Positions 11,328-21,414 of a stretch of 26,386 nucleotides of DNA are shown here, in pieces. Numbering within the stretch: the stretch's first letter is position 1; each line of letters opens with the position of its first letter. The translations under genes were made by a program, and so were the position numbers. The notes below the pieces were generated by a model. The model had not been told where the DNA came from. It saw only the letters and a list, made by a program, of their open reading frames with translations, and made no database searches. This DNA comes from Folioceros fuciformis (lineage: Eukaryota): contig JBNGIO010005925.1 of the NCBI GenBank assembly GCA_049999805.1, positions 99,673-126,058 of the forward strand. The letters run 5' to 3'.

Positions 11328-13076
11328 ATGCCGGCTGGAGTGTTAAAGCACATCATGGGCACCGCAGGGTCCAGCGGGTTCGGGTCCAGGTCCACGGCTG
11401 AGCAGGTCTCGGAGGGCGTCTCGTTGCAGGACCGCACTGCGATTGTCACAGGTGGGCTTTTGGCGGATGTGGAAGCAGTGGGGCGTCTTTCGTGTCTCAT
11501 TTCGCTTATCTGTGTGGGGTGGGAGAATTGCAGGAGCTACGGCTGGTATCGGCGTGGAGACGGCACGCGTGCTGGCTCTGAGAGGAGCTACTGTCGTCGT
11601 TGCGGCTCGGAATCTTGCCAAGGCGGAGGGTGTGAAAGCCGAGATAGTGAAGAAGAATCCCAACGCCAAGGTGGAGGTTAGAGAATTGGATCTTGGCTCG
11701 TTTGCGTCTGTAAGGAAGTTCGCTGCTGCGTTCAAGGCAGAAAACCGGCCTTTGAATTTGCTCGTGTATGTCTCTCGCCACCTTTGCTTCGCTGTCTTTA
11801 TGTGACCAGGGTGGTTTTGGTAACCTCTCTCTTGCTCCTCCTGTCTTGTGTCGCCTGACTTTTGTGGTACTGCTTCCTGTGTGAAGCAACAACGCAGGAT
11901 ACGCGACATCTGAGTTCCGGCTGACTGAAAATGGCTATGAATCCGTCTTTGCGACTAACCACTTAGGTCAGCGGCCTTTCCCCGTTTCGAGGTCAAGACC
12001 AGCGTGAGTGGCAACTGACCTATGTTTTGCTGCTTAGGTCATTTTCTTCTCACCGATCTTCTGCTGGACAACCTGGTGGCCACTGCAAAGGACACGGGAG
12101 TGGAGGGGAGGATTGTGATTGTTGCATCCGATGCGCATGGAAACTTCAGGAACAGCAGAATACCCCTTAGTGACATCAATAACCCCAATAGGTGAGGGAA
12201 GGAAGGAAGGAAGGATATGCTTTCTCAATCTTTATTCAGCCCTACCGGGTCCTGCGATTCTGTTTCTTCGTAGTGACCCGGAGGTCCTTCCTCAAGATTT
12301 TGTTTGTACTCTTCTCTTATGCTGTCATGGTTGTTGAAACGCCAGGTTCGAACCAATGAACGCATATGCTCAATCCAAGGTTGCAAACATTCTACATGGC
12401 AAGGAGCTAGCTCGTCGCCTGAAGGTGTGTTTTTCTTCAGAAGTCGAGCTTCAGAAGTCACAAATGCAGCAAGTGCATATTGTGAACCCTCTCATGCTGG
12501 CGTCGTGGTTTAAAGATGCCAATGTGGCGGTTGGTTTTTCTTCTGAATGCAGGAGCAAGGAGCAAATGTGACAGTTAACAGCCTCCATCCGGGGTACATA
12601 GCGACCAACATCATGGACGAAATCTTCTCACCAGCTGCCAAAGGTAATGGGAAATGACGTGATTTCTCGTCTGGTTGTCTGACAGTGGGGTGACGGGGAA
12701 CACCCTTGGGTTGTGTTTAGCTAACCGATATGCTCCTCCCGTCCGTGGCGATTGCAGCTGCTTTCCAGATTGCAGGAGCAGCTATGATGAAGTCAGTGAA
12801 ACAGGTACACTTCAGGGTTCCACCTGAGCCGGTTTTGTCCTCTGCTGGTTCAAGATACTAGGCAGTCGAGCACTGCAGACTTGCGAATTGAGACGTTCGT
12901 GATTTGTGCAGGGGGCTGCTACAACTGTCTACGTCGCAACATCCCCCTCTCTTCGAGGAGTGTCGGGCAAGTATTTTGATAATTGCAATGAATCGGACAC
13001 TGCTCCAGGAGTGACGAGGGACTCGGGAGCAGCTGCTGAATTATGGGAATTCAGTAAGAAGGTTACCAAAGAATAA
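11328..13076 (+). CDS. Short-chain dehydrogenase/reductase, TIC32/retinol-dehydrogenase-like (8 exons)
   Basis: Motifs include [15 protein letters not shown], the Rossmann motif IVTGATAGIG, NNAG, FATNHLGHFLLT, catalytic YAQSK, NSLHPG and [10 protein letters not shown]...VSGKYF...LWEFS. TAA is at 13074-13076, and all introns are GT-AG. Confidence 0.93.
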
Positions 13077-13724
13077 GTGTACGCCCTTCTGGGTTTTCGC
13101 ATTCTGTATCCGTTCCCAGAGATCATGGTCCACTCTTTTCCATATGAGTACATTCTTGTATGGACCCTGGCTACAGATGGGCGATATCTCTTGCGCAGCT
13201 GCCAGAAACCAAGGAGTTTTTAGTACAGAAAGTAAATGGCCCTCCCTTGTGTCGAAGCCCATAGAGAAACCTGCATTTTAGGGTCACATGTAAGGTGGCC
13301 TCTGGTTTCCGACAATCCTGTCTCGCCATGGATGAATCAGACTTTGTTCCGGCGGCCTGGGCACGGCACGTAGTACGGGAGAGAAAGCTCATGTTGGAAA
13401 GAAGAATTTTCTGGTCGCTTACTGCAGTTTGAACAGATTATTTTCGATTATAAATAATATAAAGAATATTACTATATATAGTAATAGTTCCCCGGATCCG
13501 TGGAAGCAGAGCAGGACCAACACGGGGGCTCCAAGTAGCTTGTCTCAATCTGCAAGGAGGACAGGTAATTAGCCCCCTTCGAAACAGCCTTCATCTTTGG
13601 ACTGGATTTCTTGTCATCATCCTACACTCCACCAAGATTTCGTGGGAGTCACTTAATGACTCTAAACTAAAGGAGACTCTCACAGGCATGCTCTCTTACT
13701 TAGTTCACACATAGTTTACATGGA

Positions 13725-13799
13725 GGCATGCATTGGCAAGCATGAAGTGTGCGCATGGAGGTATGCATGCTTGCATGCCTGCCCATGCATGCAAGCATG
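13725..13799. repeat. GCATG-rich (RY-like) tract with 13-bp inverted repeat
   Basis: Multiple GCATG/CATGCA copies. CATGCTTGCATGC (13766-13778) pairs with GCATGCAAGCATG (13787-13799). Confidence 0.6.
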
Positions 13800-14170
13800 A
13801 CATCACCCATTCAAGCTAAGCAGCGGTAGAGAGATCCATGCGCAAGGCATTCAATGAGGGACAAGTTGTTTTAGGAGGGCTCCAGCTTTGCCTCCAAAAT
13901 GTGTTGAACACCCTTTGATATGGGGAGTGGAAGGAATTGTTTTGCCATGACTTGTTTTGTTTCCCATAGGATAAGATTCTTAAGAGGGAGGATAGCGGAC
14001 TTTCCACGAAAGAGACAAAGGGAATGCAGAAGAATGCAGAAGGGGCCCAGTCCAGCCACCCTGCTTTGGGGAGCTCTGCTGCGAGTGCTGTGCTGTGCTG
14101 TGGTAGTGTGACAGATTCAATGTACTTGCCCCATACATGGCGGGCTGGACGAAGTGTGTGGAAGAGCTGT

Positions 14171-14264
14171 GGCAAAAGGCAAAAGGCAAAAGGAAAAGGA
14201 TGTAGACTGAAGCGAAGGAAACAAAACCAAATTGGCATGGCATGGCATGGCTTGGCTTGGCTTG
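14171..14264 (+). repeat. Short tandem repeats (GGCAAAA)3 and (TGGCA)3(TGGCT)3
   Basis: Read directly at 14171-14191 and ~14233-14264. Confidence 0.8.
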
Positions 14265-14559
14265 TAAGCCCAACAACGTCTGGCTCATGCGCTCCCGACC
14301 CGACATGGTTCCGGATAAACTGAATGTGGTTCCGACGCAGGTGCATGAACCATACACGCTGGCACGGCCTTCGCCAGCCTAGCCCACCCTCGTGCTTGCT
14401 TGGCCTCCGGCGGGGCCCGGGTATCCGACGTGGGGCCGCCTCGTGTTGCCACCTCACCAGGCGGGGTCTTCACGATCAGGTGCATTGAACCTTGCCCTAC
14501 CCTTCCCGTAGGGCTGCTCGCCGGCCTTCGCCAACGGACCAGCCCTGCCCAAGGGACCC

Positions 14560-14681
14560 AGCCCAAGAATTCCCTTATGCTATAAGAGCCTGCCCTCAAA
14601 AACCTAACCTTCAAATTTCCCTTACACTCCAGCGTCCGCTCTGCTTCCCTCCCTTCTCCTCCTCCTCCTCCTCCTCCTCCT
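14560..14681 (+). promoter_or_regulatory. Putative core promoter (site II-like, TATA, pyrimidine patch, (TCC)n) upstream of the transposase-derived gene
   Basis: AGCCCA at ~14560, TATAAGA at 14581-14587, a CT-rich patch, and (TCC)8 at 14657-14680. Confidence 0.4.
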
Positions 14682-15102
14682 GGTTGGGCCGGCTCCGGTC
14701 GCCCTACTGATCAAGCGTTGTGCTGCGATTCCGCGGAAGCCTACGCGCTGCCAGAATTCTTGCTGCCGGGCTGCCGCGCATTCGGGGGATGTGCGGCGAG
14801 CTCGGGGACGCTGTTGGACGCGGGGCTTGAGCGGCAGGTGGTGCGCGCTTGGCTGGCTGCTGCTGTGGATCTCTGCAGAAGAGACCCACCATGCGCTGCC
14901 CGCTGCCGTGACCTGGTGTTTCAAACGGTGGACACCGTGGTGGTCAGGATGAGGGAGCGGAGGAAGGTGTAGAGTGGGAGAGGAAGGAAGGGAGCATGCA
15001 GCTGCGTGGCCTGGCCTGGGCACACCTAGCTTTCCAAGGGCCACGGGGCTGGAAGATGCTTGTGGTGAGGAGGGGAGGGAGGCTCCGTGATCGCATTCCG
15101 AG

Positions 15103-15202
15103 NNNNNNNNNNNNNNNNNNNNNNNNNNNNNNNNNNNNNNNNNNNNNNNNNNNNNNNNNNNNNNNNNNNNNNNNNNNNNNNNNNNNNNNNNNNNNNNNNN
15201 NN
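15103..15202. other. Assembly gap (100 N)
   Basis: Run of N. The true length is unknown. Confidence 0.99.
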
Positions 15203-16907
15203 CCAGCATGCGGAAATGCAGATGGAGAGCTACGAGCATGTGGTGCACGGGCACTCGGACGTGCAAGCGTACAAGGACCACCTCCACCATGAGCATGACC
15301 ACCGGACGGTGGCCTTGGATGCCTATGAGGAGCGGCAAGACGTTCTTGACGCAGAGAGAGACCGGGACGTGGATATCGAGTCCCCGCAGCAGATCGAGAG
15401 ACCGGGCGTGGATATCACGTTTCACACCATGGACAGGCCCCGCGAGACGGAGCTCACTTTTCAGCAGCTGCTGGAGAGGCCCGATATTTCCTTCGCGCCA
15501 CCGCAGCAGCTTCTGGAGCAGCAGTTCTGGCCGCCTATCTCCCTCACCCTGCACACCAATGGAGCGGATTGTACGCAACAGCAGTCCATCAAGCCCAACA
15601 AGAGAGTGCGGCAGACGGGGAAGACGCAGACTCATTACCAGAAGGAGAGGCAAAAGAGTCTAGAGATGGTGCTCAAGTTGCCCATCAAGACGAGACAACT
15701 TTTCTGCGTCTCCGAGTTCTACAAGTACATGGCCTCCAGTCGCCCCAAGTCCCCATCCTTGAAGGTGCCTATCTGCTTGCAACTGTTACTTCGGTTTTCG
15801 TGTGCCGTTGCTCTGCGGATGGCTTGCATCGGCAGTCATGTGCCGCCTCTTCACACTTTAATTTTTTTCCCTGCCATGGATCGCAAAACCTTTTCCCCAA
15901 CGTGCAGCATTGATGCTGCCCTGTTTCTGTCTGAAGGTTGTGGAGGATTCTGCGAACCTTGGAGGAAGTCAGCTTGAGGGAAAGGCATTGTGCTGGCTCT
16001 CTTATCTAATTGCTTAGATGATAGAATCTTGGGTGGAAGATGTGTAGTACGTGTAGAGGACTTGCATCTGTGTCGTCTTCATCTTGGATGATGCACTTGT
16101 TTCTCTGTTGTGATCGGACGTTTGGTGAGTCTGGATTGCTTGTCTGCTCGTCCGACATTGAATGCTCGCTCCCTTTCTACTTTCTTGCATGCACTTGCCA
16201 TTTTTTTCCTTTGTTTTTTGGAGAATATTTGGACATTTCACTATGCCGGGCCTGAAATACTGGTGTAGCTGGGATGCTTGGTGTAGGTCACAGATGCTTA
16301 TGAGAAGGCAGGTGAATCTGTGGGTGTGACTGTGAAAACAGCGCGCAAGTGGGTTGAGGACTGGGAAAGTCGCGGAGACGGAACTTTCTCCGACTCTAGG
16401 CAGGTATGTCTCGGCTGCCTTGTGATTGCTGCTATTCAACGTTTGATGGTGGAGCTACCTCCTTGGATCTTAACATGGTAAACGTCTTCTTTCAGGGCAA
16501 GCATGCTAAGGTTGAGTGGATTCTTCAACCAGAACATCTGCAAGCCCGCGCTCGGCAATGGATAGAACACAACTGCCCGAAGAAGGGTGACCCTCCACGC
16601 AAGGAGTCGATCATCAATCAGTTCCGAGATTTTTGCAACACTGACCTTCTGTTAGAAGTACAGGTGAGTGGTGGTTGAGTTTCCTGCACGGGAATCGGAT
16701 GGGAAGCGCCTACCTCTTACGGAAGGGGTTCTCATCCAATGTTCTTGTTTGTGTCAGCAGGCCCCTAAGCAGACAGAGGGTGGGATGGACATGGCGTTGC
16801 CCTCTCATCGAAAAATTTCCAGTGAGACCGCCAGGTCCTGGCTTCACAGACTTGGATTTCATAATTTTAAGGATTTCAGAGGTTCCTCTGTAAAATCTCA
16901 TCAGTAG
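15203..16907 (+). CDS. Transposase-derived DNA-binding protein: low-complexity N-terminus plus two IS630/Tc1/mariner-like HTH domains, no DDE domain (5' end in or near the gap)
   Basis: Exons <15203-15764, 16287-16403, 16496-16663 and 16758/16761-16907 are joined by phase-0 GT-AG introns with no internal stops. They give ...PSLK|VTDAYEKAGESVGVTVKTARKWVEDWESRGDGTFSDSRQ|GKHAKVEWIL...ARQWIEHNCPKKG...QFRDFCNTDLL...|...KISSETARSWLHRLGF...HQ*. Confidence 0.75.
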
Positions 16908-17930
16908 CCTGTCTACATTCATTGTTCCTTCCTTTATTTTTAGACTGTAAAGATACGTTCTGAGATACCCATGCGATGGTCGTGACCCGGAGAGTTGGAG
17001 CTCATAAATGGCATTGTTTACGTTCTCCGGTGAGGGAATAGATGCCACTATACAAATGATATAGCGTCCACTTGGGGATCGTTGTTTGCGAAGAGTGACC
17101 CAGTTGTAGACCCCTGTTACGGCAAGGTATGTTGAAACAAAAGTAATCCATAAGACAAGAAAATACATTAGACGAAGGTACGGTAGGTTTGGACTGTAGC
17201 ACAAGCAAGTGAGAACATTCGAGGCACGTTCTTTCATGTCATATGCCTGAGATTATGTCTACAGTGTCCATAGCAGCGACCATCGAACGGTATCTGAAAA
17301 GCCCATCCATCCCTACCTAGAGACAACACTGTATTACGGTAAACATCCACGTCTGCCATTGATCCAGCAAATGTGGGAGCATGGTGGATGTGCTTCAGTT
17401 GTCTGAAGAAGAGTAGCAGCGGTCCTTCAGCCGGCTGACAGACGAGTAGCTCTCAAACAACAGCCGTACATTCACCTGCTCCACACCTGCCAGAACTATG
17501 ACGAACATGTTTCGTTGTCCACCCCAACTGCTTGAGAAGAGAACCAAGCTTTTGGTTGGGTTCTGATCTTCAAAACACAGTGCACCTTCTGCCACGCGCT
17601 CGCTCCTGGAGGTTACAAGGAAAGGAAGGTTATGATGGGGAACACTCGCCAAGCCTGGCATACACGAATTCAACCAATCCAAAGAAGGAGAAGAAATATG
17701 TATTACGAAGTAAACGAGGTTGTCAAGGGGATCATTACCTGTCAAGCTTGGTTTGCCTCTAACCCTAACTGGAGAAAGGTCCCTCCATCGAAGTTGCGGT
17801 GCCAAGGGAGACCTGAGTGTTACAACAATTAGGGACCAGAAAACTCGGAGCTCAGAGCAGAATCTCATGTGTCAACTACCTGGACGTGGGTCCTGAGGAA
17901 ATATGCAAATTACATTAGGGCACGCTGCAA

Positions 17931-18641
17931 CTATGCTTGCACTGCAATCGCGTTACAAGGGCTCAGCTCATCAATGCTGTCCCACTCTTGCCAAATGTCC
18001 GGCACAGCTTCCCGCACATTGTGCAAGCTTGCCACAGCATAGCAAGCCCCTTCCGACCGCTCGAAGCTGCCCACCAAAACAGTGTTAAGGCCTGCAAACC
18101 TCGCAGCAGCAATGTTTCGAACGCTGTCGTCTAGAAAGAGAGTTGTAGCAGCATCCACCTGCGCCATCTCCACGGCCCGTCGGAACGCCTCCTGTGCAGG
18201 CTTGCAGACTATGCCACTATCCTCCGCCTGCTGGATGGATTCCAAAGAGATTACGCCCTCAAAGCAGTCCTCCAGCCCCAGCCTGCGCAAAACCTCGAAG
18301 GCATGCACTCTGTCCGCGTTGGTAAAGATCAGCTTGCGCTGCGGCATACTGAGCAGCAGCCTCCGCAGCACCGGATCCGGATGCAACGCATCGTAGGGAA
18401 GAGCCCCGTGCACGAAAGCGTGGAATTCATCCAAATCCACTCGGAACCCTTCTGCGATCAGCCCTGCCAGTGTCGTGCCGTGCTTATGGTACAAACGCAG
18501 GCAATCATCCGGCACTGTGGAAGCTTCCATTCCCAGCCTCTCCACCATGAACTGCTGGATGCGCTGCCTGCACACGGCAGCGAGGCCCGAGCTGAGGGGG
18601 TACAACGTATCATCCAGATCGAAGAGCAGACAATCATATCT
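17931..18641 (-). CDS. HAD-superfamily hydrolase, pyrimidine 5'-nucleotidase (SDT1/PHM8-like); start lies in the gap
   Basis: Uninterrupted ORF with motif I CLLFDLDDTLYP, HGTTLAGL, motif II IFTNAD, motif III CKP and motif IV LFLDDSVRNI. TAG is at 17931-17933. Confidence 0.92.
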   Translation of the reverse strand, partial: RYDCLLFDLDDTLYPLSSGLAAVCRQRIQQFMVERLGMEASTVPDDCLRLYHKHGTTLAGLIAEGFRVDLDEFHAFVHGALPYDALHPDPVLRRLLLSMPQRKLIFTNADRVHAFEVLRRLGLEDCFEGVISLESIQQAEDSGIVCKPAQEAFRRAVEMAQVDAATTLFLDDSVRNIAAARFAGLNTVLVGSFERSEGACYAVASLHNVREAVPDIWQEWDSIDELSPCNAIAVQA

Positions 18642-18741
18642 NNNNNNNNNNNNNNNNNNNNNNNNNNNNNNNNNNNNNNNNNNNNNNNNNNNNNNNNNNN
18701 NNNNNNNNNNNNNNNNNNNNNNNNNNNNNNNNNNNNNNNNN
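18642..18741. other. Assembly gap (100 N)
   Basis: Run of N. Confidence 0.99.
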
Positions 18742-19049
18742 GACACCGAATAGCATGCTGCAGTGATCTGCCGACTGATGCCGGAAGAGACTCCTGACAA
18801 GCGGAACCAAGACCTCCAACACTCTGAGCAACGTTTAAACGAACGGGCCTTGCCTATAATTAGGGAACAATGCGACACGACGTGCACGACCTGCAATGAA
18901 CTAACTTGCCTCTTGTCACAGCGATATTTCTGTCCCGTGGATCACAAATCTCAAGGGATCCGGAAGCTCAGCTGCGAAGATGAACGGCCCACGAACCTGC
19001 GAACTAACACTAACTATGAGGTCGAAATCGACAGGTGGTAGGTCATGAT

Positions 19050-19980
19050 TAGTATTGTGGTTTTACATCTTACCTATTTTACATTACCAGCATAAATTAC
19101 GGTATAAATTACCGAACCCCTTGATAAGGGTCAGTAACTGTGTTTTTTATTACACTTAAATTATAAAAAAATAGAAGATTATACCTGTAAAGGGTTGTAA
19201 AATTACATGGCATGTGTAAATTTACACACTTTCTGTAATTTATAGTGTATACCTAATATAACTTTAAAATATGTAAATATATGTAAAAAAAGTAAATATA
19301 TATAATATTTACTTATAATATAATATAATAAAGATCCAAGAAAATTAACTTATAAGCTCAAAATGGAGACACCTTCTTCATTCTTTTCACTCTCTTCCCG
19401 ATCTCTAGATTCTATTTCTTCATTCTCCTCCATTTCACCATGGCAGATGTCTTCTATACCACTTTTTACAACCACATTGGTTCAAGACTTTCTAAGTACA
19501 CGCCATCCAATCCTCCCAATCTCTTGCTTCAATAGTAGCATTATGTCCTTTTAACACTCTACTATTATAGTAAACATAGACAAGCATATCAATCAACCCT
19601 GTCCACCATGGTTCTAGCTCTATTACTACGCTAAACATGTTTCTTTCTCTATTATTACGCTAAACATGTTTCTTTCCCCTTCTATTGCAATTGGAGGAAT
19701 GCTCAACAACTTTTTTGCTACATCTCCAAGTTGCGGACATTCCTCTCCACATGCTTCCCAGCACTCCACATTGTTATATATCAACCCTTCTTGAAAATGT
19801 AGTTCTTTGTCAATACATAACTTACCAAGTCTAAGGCAATAACGATTGAACTGCAACAAAACACAATGAGCTTCACTAGTATTAGATGCCAATGCCTTTA
19901 TGATATGCTCACCTTTCAACCTATCAGCTACAAAAAAATGTCAGGCAATCTATCAACAAGAGAAATGCCAATCATGACTC
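19050..19980 (-). mobile_element. Degenerate, 5'-truncated hAT DNA transposon
   Basis: The minus-strand translation has the hAT C-terminal dimerisation motif CWEACGEECPQLGDVAKKLLSIPPIAIEGERNMFS and, in a shifted frame, DMLVYVYYNSRVL, then an acidic tail. The AT-rich 3' region carries AATTAC/GTAAAT subterminal repeats and ends at a candidate TIR TAGTATTGTGG at 19050. No partner TIR was seen. Confidence 0.8.
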
Positions 19981-20543
19981 ATAATCCTGGTAGCTTGCGA
20001 TAAGTAGGCCATTTAGGATTAGTGGTGGGCACGGTGCTGTCCTATCAAGCACCTACCCCAGTCGAATTCCAGCAAACGTTCCCCTCGACAGTTTGGGAAG
20101 GAATCCCTACTCGTTTCTAAGGCAAATGCACTAGAGAAAAGCATGTCGTTTTCTATCAAACTCCTGTGATGAGAACGAGTGGGGTTCCTGAGCTATGGGC
20201 TGATCGATTGTTGTTCAGGATGACGATATTCTTGTGATGAGTCCCGTGCCCGCTTGACATCTTTTATACCTACTCCTACCCAATCTCCCATGCTAAGGAG
20301 GTGGACCCTTTTGCATGGGCAAGACAGTAGAAGTGGGCAAACATGCAACACAGACCGTGTTGCCAATTTGGACATTAAGCTTGATCTTAGTGTTTTTGGC
20401 TTACAATAAGTTTGGTTGCTAATCCCGCAGGTTATGTACGATGTGGGTGTGAGATGTACAAATTTTAATTTGTTTGAATGTGAATTTTTCAAAGCAAGTA
20501 GGTGCATGTAATCCACATGGCTCCTTAAAGACTAAAAAAGCAT

Positions 20544-20625
20544 TTATGCCCCATAATCTAATGTTCATGTACCTTTCAAGAATGTTATGCCCCATAATCA
20601 AATGTTCATATACCTTTAAAGAATC
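20544..20625 (+). repeat. 41-bp tandem duplication
   Basis: TTATGCCCCATAATCTAATGTTCATGTACCTTTCAAGAATG is followed by TTATGCCCCATAATCAAATGTTCATATACCTTTAAAGAATC. Confidence 0.85.
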
Positions 20626-21414
20626 TACTCGTTAGAGCAGACATTGTTGTCTTTGCTAGTGCCATTTTGTTCTAATCCACTTTGGTTTTTGCTATGTCTT
20701 CACTATCCAAAGGTTGACACAAGTTGTTGATTAGTTACTAGCCTTTTTTTCTATGGTGTCTCTAATTTTTGTCTTCATCCTCCTAATACTCAAAGATACC
20801 ACTTGAGCTTTGAGACAAATTTTCTCAATTATAGATATATCTCCTTCACTCAAAGTTGGATTGCACCTCCTTATGGAGGGTTGAAGGAGAGCTCTTCCAA
20901 TGCATTTAGTGAAAACCTTAAATTCATGTATGATTCGCATTAGGGACTAGCAATGCGTATTGGGAAGTTAGCATGAATGTCAATAAAATTTCGAGCACAC
21001 AGGAAAGCAGCCAAGGTCACTATACAACTCCCAAACAACAATCCAACTCCTAATCTCCCTCTTTGAAAAATGTTTTTCAAGAATATTCTAGAAAATGCAC
21101 TATAACTATTGCATGTACTGTACTGTAACGAGGATAACAATGATTGGTACACTCGGTTTTGAAATAAAACTCTACCCTGAAAAGGTGAATTTGGTGACGC
21201 AACGAAAAATATTCCATGGACTTCACATTCGAATAGAAATCTCGGGTGAGCTCTTCAGTCGTGGTGTGTCTCGTCGGAGGTCCTGTCGGGCGAGCTCCTG
21301 CGGAGCAATGGCTGTCTGGAGGCTGGCTGGTGTTCTCGGAAGAGCTGGCGCTGGGTTGAGTTTAACGACCCTGCTGTTGGAAGACCAGAAAGGCGTCAGA
21401 GCTCTTGTGATAGC

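Noticed and set aside
14622-15653. Long antisense/overlapping ORFs (also 7598-8418, 11343-11909 and those antisense to the PPR)
   Set aside because: They are shadows of GC-rich or repetitive coding sequence, and some only span N gaps.
15937-16124. Possible alternative exons in the 522-nt intron of the transposase-derived gene
   Set aside because: The splice signals are weak or unpaired, and the direct 15764>16287 junction already gives a coherent protein.
17340-17392. Hairpin ACATCCAC/GTGGATGT and USE-like CTCCCACAT as an snRNA or H/ACA gene
   Set aside because: No correctly spaced TATA, no Sm site, no H/ACA boxes and no second hairpin.
17395-17868. ORFs between the transposase-derived gene and HAD as the missing DDE domain
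   Set aside because: I recognised no DDE or other motifs in any frame.
20100-20128. Minus-strand TTGCCTTAGAAACGAGTAGGGA resembling the 5' end of U12 snRNA
   Set aside because: The spacing is wrong, the branch-point pairing segment is mismatched, and there is no Sm site.
20438-20449. USE-like ACCCACATCG on the minus strand
   Set aside because: No TATA at the expected spacing and no recognisable snRNA downstream.
20640-21130. AT-rich stretch as a second decayed transposase
   Set aside because: Plausible, but it has many stops and no motif clear enough to assign.
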